Below are positions 1 through 8,600 of a stretch of 58,442 bases of DNA, piece by piece. The stretch lies in the NCBI GenBank assembly GCA_016295375.1, contig JAEDLI010000001.1, positions 1-58,442 on the forward strand. Direction: 5' to 3'. Origin of the DNA: Fibrobacter sp. (GTDB lineage: Bacteria; Fibrobacterota; Fibrobacteria; Fibrobacterales; Fibrobacteraceae). Each line of letters opens with the position of its first letter. Position 1 is the first letter of the stretch. Below the pieces are notes generated by a model. That model was not told the origin of the DNA. It did not search any database and saw only the letters and a list, made by a program, of their open reading frames with translations. The position numbers were made by a program, and so were the translations under genes.

Positions 1-1349
1 GAAGCCCATGAACTGCCCCTGCCACATTCAGATTTTCAACACGGGGCTCCGCAGCTGGCGCGACCTTCCGATGCGCCTTGCTGACTGTGAGCCGGAAGCG
101 CCTCATGTTACATGAAGCGCTGAGGCGAGAGGTTTGCCATGCCCCAATTCAATTATGCATTTAGGCAAACCGGTCTTGTGTTTTGTAAGTGCCACCGTTA
201 CGAACCTGCCGGTACCATGCACGGCTTGATGCGCGTCCGCGGCTTTGTGCAGGACGACGCCCACATCTTCTGTACCGAAGACCAGATTGCAAGCGAAGTG
301 GCTGACTTCTGCGCCCTCGTGAAGGAAAGCGTGCAAGCCGAGTGTCGCGACAAAATGCTTGCGCTTCGCTATTTTGGCATGACCGAGGCGCAGCCGCGGA
401 CGCCAAAGGCGTCAAATCTACCACGACTTAGGTTTCGACGATATCGTTGTGAAGTTCTCCACCCGTCCGGAACGCCGCGTGGGTTCCGACGAAATCTGGG
501 ACAAGGCTGAAGCCGCTCTTGAAGAAGCTACAAAGCTTGCTGGCCTCGACTACATTTTGAACCCGGGTGAAGGAGCCTTCTACGACCCGAAAAGTGTGCA
601 AAACGAGTGTCGCAGAAAAATGCTTGCGCTGCGCTATTTTTCTATGACCGAGTGCAGCCACGGACGCCATCGGCGTCAACCTCGAATTCACGCTGAAGGA
701 CAGCCTCGGTCGTGACTGGCAGTGCGGTACCATCCAGGTGGACTTCAACTTGCCGCAGCGCCTGGGTGCCGAGTATGTCGGCAAGGACAGCCAGTAATGT
801 GCAAGGTGAATCCAGCAAAAATACGCTTGCGTATTTTTATTGGTGAGCCGCAGCCATAGACGCCAAAGGCGTCAAAAGCACATTCCGGTGATGCTGCACC
901 GTGCGGCCGTGGGTTCCATCGAACGCTTCCTCGGCATTTTGATCGAAGACAGATGACAAGTCGAGTGTCGCGGTCAAACTTGTTTGACCATGACCGAGAC
1001 GCATCATCTGGGGCGAAGCCCAATTCATGGGCGATTTCCCGCTGTGGCTCGCTCCGGTCCAGGCCCGCGTGCTCCCGATTTCCGAGTAGCATACAAGCTG
1101 AGTGTCGCAAAATTATGCTTGCATAATTTTATGACCGAAGCGTAGTGCAGACGCCGTAGGCGTCAAAAGCTCGGCTACAAGATCCGCCAGTGCGAACTCC
1201 AGAAGGTGCCGTACCTCCTCATCGTCGGCGAGAAGGAAGTTGCCGATGGTGTTGTCTCTGTTCGCCGCCGTAAAGAAGGCGACAAGGGCAGCATGAAGGT
1301 TGCCGAATTCCTCAAGATGACTGAAGACGACCGCAAGGTTGTGCGGTAA
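1..1349 (+). CDS. thrS: Threonyl-tRNA synthetase, 3' half (5' end outside window), split by six inserts; may be a pseudogene
   Basis: Segments 2-84, 180-327, 416-592, 681-794, 876-949, 1023-1086 and 1167-1349 join to give KPMNCPCH...RDLPMRLAE / (FC)[29 protein letters not shown]...VKE / IYHDLGF...[10 protein letters not shown] / [25 protein letters not shown]...KDSQ / [24 protein letters not shown] / [21 protein letters not shown] / [16 protein letters not shown]...VVR-TAA. These are classic ThrRS catalytic and anticodon-binding motifs. Confidence 0.95.
85..179 (+). other. thrS intervening sequence 1 (atypical, possibly composite)
   Basis: Breaks LAE^F(G)K and shifts frame. Contains an in-frame TGA and the hairpins CGCCTCA/TGAGGCG, TCATG-TTA-CATGA and GGTTTGCC/GGCAAACC. 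Confidence 0.8.
328..415 (+). other. thrS intervening element 2 (88 nt, structured family)
   Basis: Between GAA(E) and ATC(I). CAAGCCGAGTGTCGC-hairpin-ATGACCGAGGCGCAG...GACGCC-AAA-GGCGTC-AA. Confidence 0.9.
593..680 (+). other. thrS intervening element 3 (88 nt)
   Basis: Between PK and LEF. CAAAACGAGTGTCGC-hairpin-ATGACCGAGTGCAG...GACGCC-ATC-GGCGTC-AA. Confidence 0.9.
795..875 (+). other. thrS intervening element 4 (81 nt, starts with in-frame TAA)
   Basis: Between CAG(Q) and AAG(K). CAAGGTGAATCCAGC-hairpin-ATTGGTGAGCCGCAG...GACGCC-AAA-GGCGTC-AA. Confidence 0.9.
950..1022 (+). other. thrS intervening element 5 (73 nt)
   Basis: Splits GA^A TTC (E-F). CAGATGA-CAAGTCGAGTGTCGC-hairpin-ATGACCGAGACGCA-TCATCTG-GGGC-GAA-GCCC-AA. 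Confidence 0.9.
1087..1166 (+). other. thrS intervening element 6 (80 nt, starts with in-frame TAG)
   Basis: Between GAG(E) and AAG(K). CAAGCTGAGTGTCGC-hairpin-ATGACCGAAGCGTA...GACGCC-GTA-GGCGTC-AA. Confidence 0.9.
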
Positions 1350-1364
1350 TCTCGTGGCATAAAA

Positions 1365-1388
1365 GACCCCCGCCTTCGCGGGGATGAC
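1365..1388. repeat. GTCAT-palindrome REP-like element
   Basis: GACCCCCGC-CTTC-GCGGGGATGAC. Same family recurs at least 12 times in the window. Confidence 0.8.
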
Positions 1389-1395
1389 ATTTTAG

Positions 1396-1425
1396 AAAAC
1401 GCAGACTCGGTCGAGCCTGCGTTTT
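1396..1425. terminator. Probable bidirectional intrinsic terminator
   Basis: AAAACGCAGACTCG-GT-CGAGCCTGCGTTTT between convergent genes. Confidence 0.65.
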
Positions 1426-1458
1426 GAATTTCATTTGTTTATGAATTGCAAACTGGTA

Positions 1459-2565
1459 TTACCATGAGGGAATGTTACAATCAATTGTACTTGCGTTTGT
1501 TTCAATCTTGAATTGAACCTTCTGTCCGCTAAAAGAACCAATCTTGGCGTCAAAATAATCTGTTTTGGGTTCGCTTAGAGCTTCGTCGTTAATGAATACA
1601 CTCATTGTCGCACCACCTCCTGGAGGGCCTTGGCAAACCAGAGTGTTTGCTCCTTCGGGAATTTGAACAACCCAGACTTCGCCGGTAGGAATTGCTATGG
1701 CCTCGCCGCCCTTGACAAATGTGTAGTCCACCTTGTTGGGGTTGATTACATAGGTGGAAGCACAAACGTACTTTTCTGAAGTTTTGTCCTTGTTCGTTAC
1801 TGTTACCGTGGGGGCCACATTTACCTTGTGCAGGTCGGATCCTAGGGTGAAGGTTTTTGTTTTGTCGCCAACAATATTTTCACCCTCGTAGCTCCAGACA
1901 TAACCGGTAATCTCGGAATCCGAAGACGCCTTTACTTCCCACGTTACGGTTTCGCCTGCATTGGCTGTTTCTTTACCGCCTACAGGTTTACAATATTCGA
2001 CGGTGATAGGAACCCCTTGGACTTGTAGTTCGCTGCAAGTGATTTCGTTACCGTCAACATTTAGTTTTGCGGTGTATGTGCCGGCGTCCGCATAGCGGAC
2101 ATTTACGGAATTTAGACCGTTCCCTTGCAAGGATTCGTTTTTTGCACCTTTCAAAGTCCATACGAATGGAGCCATGATCTGGTTGTAGACTTCGCCTGCG
2201 CTGCGGTAGAATTCCCAGGTGGCAATTTCGCCCTTGTTAATCTTGGCGGGGGAAGGGCCACAGGTTCCGTTCACGATTTTTTGAGCTTCCATCAGGGTCT
2301 CTTTGCCACTGACGGTCTCGGGCTTTTGGGCTGCAGAGCCGCCGGAAGTCGCCGCACTGGTGGAACTGCCCTCAGTCTTTCCGGACGGCGACGATCCGTC
2401 ATTGCCGGAATCGGCGGAACCATCGCCATTGCTTTCGCTGGACTCAATAGAAGGAAGGTCGTCGCCGGATGACGAAGACGAATCCGACCCGCAGGCCGAA
2501 AAAGAAATCAAACACCCCAAAAAGACCCCAAAAAACCCAATCCTGAGCAAGTTTTTATCAGTCAT
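1459..2565 (-). CDS. Lipoprotein with Ser/Gly linker and PKD/Ig-like domains
   Basis: Signal peptide with lipobox FSA-C, then GSDSSSSS. The YADAGTYTAKL segment is PKD-like. Start taken at the ATG of MTDKN. Confidence 0.75.
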   Translation of the reverse strand: MTDKNLLRIGFFGVFLGCLISFSACGSDSSSSSGDDLPSIESSESNGDGSADSGNDGSSPSGKTEGSSTSAATSGGSAAQKPETVSGKETLMEAQKIVNGTCGPSPAKINKGEIATWEFYRSAGEVYNQIMAPFVWTLKGAKNESLQGNGLNSVNVRYADAGTYTAKLNVDGNEITCSELQVQGVPITVEYCKPVGGKETANAGETVTWEVKASSDSEITGYVWSYEGENIVGDKTKTFTLGSDLHKVNVAPTVTVTNKDKTSEKYVCASTYVINPNKVDYTFVKGGEAIAIPTGEVWVVQIPEGANTLVCQGPPGGGATMSVFINDEALSEPKTDYFDAKIGSFSGQKVQFKIETNASTIDCNIPSW

Positions 2566-2653
2566 AAGGTAGAATATAGTCAAAATGTAATGGTGTCAGG
2601 TGTAATTTTTTTGCTACATTGCCAATTTTAATAAAAAAGATACTATAATTAAC

Positions 2654-5600
2654 ATGTTTGGGATTCGGGTGCTAAAAGGAGTTGACGTGCGATTCTTTGC
2701 CGTTTTGTTATGTGCCCTCAGTGCTCTGGCTTTGGCTGTTGAGCAAGAACAGCCTACACCCTACGACCTTATCCGCCCGATTTGGCCCATGAAATGGGAT
2801 ACGTCCGCCACGGACGACGGCGGAACTGTCGAAAGTTTCAGCAAGTACACGCCGAATGCCAAGAAACACAATACGGTGCCGCCAGTGGGCACCATGCCCC
2901 AGGATTTTGTCGCCAATGGTATTATTCCCGATACGCTGAACCAGGCCTTCCGTGACGCCCAGAATTTGCGCATTGGCCGAATTCGTATTAACCAGGCTGG
3001 TTATTTGCCGGACGATCCAGAAAAACAATTTTATTATGTGTCTGCAGGAGCCTGCGGCGAAAAGTTTTCCGTTGTGGATTTGGATGGGAAAACGGTGTTT
3101 GATGGCGGGACCTTCATGCCCTCTGGCCAGCTGACCAAGTCCAGTTGGGATATCAAGGCCGGAACCGATGCTGCCACGAACAACCAGGGCCGCTATACAG
3201 CCAGTGCTACAGGTCCTACGGGGGAAATCTGTATAGGCAACTTAGCGCAGGCAACCGGTCTCCATGCAGACACTCGATATCGTGTTAAGGTCCTTAACCA
3301 GTATTCGGCGACTTTTATTATCAGCGACAAAGTTTACTCCATGGTTCGTGATGCCACCCTCAAGTTCTATGGGATAAACCGTTCCGGCAATTCGGAATCC
3401 TGGTTCCATAAACCAAGCCACACCAAGGATGGAGCGGGCCCGTTTACGAAGGGGGCGGGCGCTGTTGCTAGATTTACGCCCAAGGAGGGGGCCTTACAGG
3501 GGGGATGGTACGACTGCGGTGACCACTTGAAGGAGTCTCAGACCCAGGCGTACGCGTTTATGGTGCTTGCTGTGATGGCCGCTGCTAATCCAGACCGCGA
3601 CGAAGACCATTATGCCTATAATATGGGCGAAACGGTCAATACCGACGGTATCCCCGATATTCTGCGCGAAGCCAAGCATGGTGCTGATTTCTTTATGCGC
3701 GCCTTCGTGTTTGCCGATGGCATCATAGACAATATGGCCGTGTCCGTGGGTAACTTTGGTGCGGACCACGGCTGGTGGGGTAGGCCCGAAAATCAGGATG
3801 CGCTCCCTGCAAGTTTGACTGGGCGTGGTGGTCCCCATGAACGTGATGTCCGTTTAGGCGAATTGGGTTCCAATATTTCGGGCCAGATTGCGGCGGGCCT
3901 TGCATTGTTGAGTGTTGATTACGCCGTTTACGACAAGACTTTTGCCGACAGCTGTTTGATGGTAGCGGAGCAACTTTACGACTTTGCTAAGAATCTGGCT
4001 CTTGGTAAGTCAACCTATGGTATGGAAAAATATGGCAAAACTGGATTGCCCTATGTATATAACACCGTTCCTGCGGGTTGGTCTAGCCCCGCCTATAACG
4101 GTAACAACGAATACCATGATGACCTGGCCCTTGCCGCCTGGGCGTTGCACTATGCCACTTATCCTAAGACGGGAGATGACTATTACCTGAAGGAGGCGAT
4201 TTCTAGCCAGGAGATGGTGGAATCCTCTGGACCGGGTGCAGATAAGTTTAAAGGTGGCTGGATGGGGTCTTCCAGCAACGGTATGACCAAGTCTTCCAAG
4301 AATACCAGCTGGGCCAACGCCTATACATACGCCCTTTACGGTTTTTACAAGGTGTTGCTTCGTGATGCGGCAACCGCCGCCAAGTACGGCATTTCCGAAC
4401 AGGACCGATTGCTTTATTCTGAAAAGATTCTTTATACCATGGCCGCTAATGTGTCTTACCTGTCGGGTTCGGGCTCAAATCCCATTGACTTGCCGAATCC
4501 CAATTCGGAAACACCGCTCACGCTGAGTTATGATAATATATGGTACATTATGCAGACGGATCAGACCTGGATTTACAACCGTTATCAGGCTGGCAACATT
4601 TTCGAGGTTCTCGCTTATTCGGACATCGCAAAAGATTTCGATGGCGTAAAACTCCCACAGAAGGGCGTGCAGAACTGGAATTCTGCTGCCATGAAGCAGT
4701 TGGGCCTAAACCAGCTGAACTACATGCTTGGCGTGAACCCCTGGGATGTGTCCTTCTTGCTGGGTGTTGGCGACAAGAACGATGCCCACCCGCATCACCG
4801 CGCCTCTAACCCCGAAGGCAAAAACATGCCTGGTGCAGGCTACAAGTACAATCCGCCTACCGGTGCATTGTTTGGTGGTGTGACCCCCGGTGTTGAGAAT
4901 GCTTGGTCTCCTTCGACGCTGAGTTGGGAAGATTACCACCTTTCGGAAACTTGTATTGACGCTACGGCCATGTTCGTGGCCTCTTGTGCTGTGGCCGTTC
5001 GCGAAGAAGACCGCAACCGACCCCCTTCCAAGGTGGATGTAGAAATTCGCTATGTAGGCTATGATTCCGCCATTGTGAACATAAACCAAGATATCCGCGG
5101 ACAGGCTATGATCCTTTATAGCGAAAGCGAGACAGGCCCCTTCGCTAACATGGCGGTGGATTCTATTCCCGGGGTCAAGCATACCATTCACATGAAGAAC
5201 CTGAAGAACGGGACCACCTATTACTTTAAGGTGGTGGCCATTAACGCCCGGAGCGAAAAGTACGCTACACGCTGGCTGGTGGATTCCACCCTTACGCCGT
5301 TCAACTTTACCACGTTAGCTAGCGAACCTCCTGCGGCAGATATCCAGAACGTGAAGGTGTGTAACTTGAGTTCCGACAGTGCCGAGGTCATGTGGTACAC
5401 GCCCAATGGCCAGTACGAATCCAAGATGTACTGGGATACGGTCCTTACCACCTACGACAAGATGCACTGGAATACCGGGGACGCCAATGCAGATGTGAGC
5501 GGAATCCCTACCAGTTTCCATTATGTGAAAATTGGCGGCCTCAAGGAACAGACTACCTATTATTATTGTGTTGAAAGTAATGGGGTGCAACGTTGTACTG

Positions 5601-8600
5601 ATGACAACGGAATACCCCTGAAGTTCACAACCCCCGTGACGCATTACGACTTTGACGTTAGTGTGTATCAGTACGATTTTGGCGGCATGGACTTCTTGAA
5701 CTTGAACCTTATCAATAACGAAGACCGTGCGTTTAACGAATTGACATTACGCATGTATGTGACGGCAAGACCCGACGAAATCGAGGCTGTACCGGGTGTA
5801 AACAACCAGCCTGGCTCCTGCCCCTTGCTGGCAGACGAAGATATTTGTCAGGCTTATGATGAAGCGGGATTCAATAGACCCTGCGTGAACCAGAATGGTG
5901 AAAGTGTAGATGATTCCATACGCTACTATCTGCGACATGCCGTGCCTGTGAAACTGGATGATACCTATGACCCAGCCACGGGAACCTATGACTGGTACAT
6001 TCCTATTCCGCTGGGAGGAACAACCATCAAGTCGTCTTCCCGCATGCGTATTGACATAGGCTTCTCTAGTGGCATTTACCAGAACGGTGGTTGCGAAACT
6101 TTACGTACGCCTGCTAAGAAACGTTTTGTGGCGGGAGGGGCTTCTTCGGACTGGTCTTGGGCTGCGCACAAGCGTGACGTTGATGGTGCCGATTATGCGG
6201 GAGTTCCTGCATGGGATAAAGACCAGGGTGATATAGAGCAGGCTCCGAAAAACCCCTACATCGTAGTTTATCGCAAGAATGAGTTTATTTCGGGATTCAG
6301 TCCCTCTTATCAGGAAATGACCACTAAGCGTGCTCATTACGACATGACCGTGGCCTTTGATGCTCCTTTCAATGTGTCTAACGGTTCTTACATCCAGATT
6401 GACTCGGTAAAGAGCACTATGCACCTAAAGGGCACCGCATTGATTTCTGAAAGTGGATATGTAAATGCCATTTGGGTGAATGGCGTGGCTCTTACCAAGG
6501 AACAATTAAAGACTGCTGCTGTTTATAATTATGAAACCAGCAAGTACGATTTGGATATTCCAGTGAAGATGACTATTGGAACCAATAAGGTTGACGTTAC
6601 TGTCTTTGCGGGCCCAGATCCCGAATGTGCCGAATGCCAAGAAAACGGCGGTTGTGCCTTTGTGAACCGCAGCTATTATGTGCAGTTTAGCAAGGGGGAC
6701 CGCACTGCGGGCATTTTGACCCTTGTCAGGGAAGACGGCACATCTGTTTCTAGCCCCGCTGCTACAGATGGTTCTTTGAAGTTCTACGTGGTGGTTAAGG
6801 ACAAGGACAATCGTTCAAATAAGACGATTAGGGTCTTGGTCGAAAATTCCAGGACCGGAGTTGTCGATACATTGACCCTCAATCGTGTGAACGAGACGAC
6901 GGGCGAATTCAAGAGCGACCTGATTACCGCTATTGCTGAAAAAGATGTAAAACTCCCCAAGGTGTCGTTCTTTGGTGGTGACGAGATTACGATTACCTAC
7001 ATCGATGCCGAAGACGAAGAAGATGTGGCAACGCAGTACTTCTTTGCGGATCCCACGCACCCGGTTCCTCAAGATGTTGTGGTCCAAGATACGGACTGCA
7101 ACGCTAGGGGAGACAAGATTGTAGCCACCTTCAGCGGCAGCACTTTCGGTAATGGTATAACTTTGGACAGCGCCCTCTTTGAATTTGATTCCACGGCAAC
7201 CACCAAGCCTTTGGCTGTTCTGCTGAAACCCTCTAGCGTCAACGGCGCCGAGGCCGTGTTTACGCCGAATGCGGGCCAGGTCCCGCAGACCGGAGCACCG
7301 ACTGGCATGGTGACGTTCTACATTACGGAGAAGGGCGTTGTCACTACGGAAAAGGCCCCTATCAAGGATGGTATTGCTCCGACGCTCAAGGGCGTGACCA
7401 TTCTGGAAAATGAGAATCACCAGTATGCTCAGGATACCTTGAAGATTATTTTCACGGAGCCGGTGATGCTAGCCTCTTATAGCGTTTGGCCCCTGCGGGT
7501 TACTAACGGTTCTGCCGAAGTTTCTCAGACTGGCATCTCCGTGGTAAGCGCCACCACCTCGGACAATGGACGTAGTTGGCTCTATGTTATCGAAGGGAAT
7601 ACAAATGGAGAAATATTCAAGCCGGGCCAGAAGGCTGAAATTCTTGCAGACTTTGGTGTGTCCGACTTGGGAATGAACAGTCTGAGCAATTGTGCCGGCC
7701 CTGTGACCGTCACGGAATCTGTGCGTCCTGTACCTGTTTCCTTTGCCCGCATCACCGACAAGATGGGCGATGGCCAACCCGAAGAGATTTATCTGGAATT
7801 CGAATCCCTGCTGCGGGAAAAAGATATGCTGGACAGCTTCGATATATATTGGGGTTCTCCGGAAATATACAGGGCTTTCAAGAATCAGAAAGACTGGTCT
7901 TTGGACACTATCCAGGGAGATCCGGTCATCAAGCCGATTTTGACCAAGAAGGATTCTTCCATGGAAGTAAAGCAGATCTCTTATAAAGAAGTTATTGGAC
8001 AGGATACTGTATGGTGCAACCAGACTACAATGGTGGAAGATACAACCACCCACACGATGGTGGAGGTTGATGTTTTGGATCCTATAACAGGGTTGCCGGT
8101 CAAGTACGCATGCAGCTATAAGGACAAGACCCAGAATGCGGTGAAGAACGACACCATCTGGAACTACGTGATTGATACGACGGGCCATGACACGTTGTTG
8201 CAGAAACATACGGCTATGCGTATCAAGATTCCCGAAGGCGTATTCTTGAAAAAGACCTATGGTAGCCGTGGTGGAAAGGGCTCCGTAATGCCACGCAAGG
8301 GCGAAGAAGGAGGCTTCTTCGACAAGAGCTATATGCTTAATGACGATTGCCCGCCGGTGCTGACGGCTGCAAGGCTTAGTAAGTATGGCTCGACTTACGC
8401 TCTTCGTGTAGAACTGTCGGAGCCTCTGGTGGCTTCCGGAAATGAAAAAGCCCAGTTCATTGAACGGTTCCACGAAGGCCTGAAGTCCTATTACCGGCCG
8501 GCTGACACGAAGCTGGACAAGTATCTAGATGTGATGTACTGGACTTTCGCTTTCCGTGAAGAAGATGCGGACAATCATGTGCATATCGGTGATTCTCTGC

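Noticed and set aside
795..1089. Stop-codon readthrough or selenocysteine recoding
   Set aside because: The leading stops are TAA and TAG, and most inserts also shift frame, so readthrough cannot restore the protein.
328..1166. CRISPR array (repeat-spacer look of the thrS inserts)
   Set aside because: Repeats are 73-88 nt and divergent, the 'spacers' are consecutive in-order thrS coding segments of unequal length, and no cas genes are present.
328..1166. Canonical group I/II introns, IS elements or integron attC sites
   Set aside because: Far too short. No conserved GUGYG start or domain V triad, no P7 core, no terminal inverted repeats or ORF, no RYYYAAC/GTTRRRY boxes, and no cassette ORFs.
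103..1390. ORF-track entries 139..510, 449..715 and the minus-strand ORFs as independent genes
   Set aside because: They are thrS fragments running into insert sequence, or antisense shadows.
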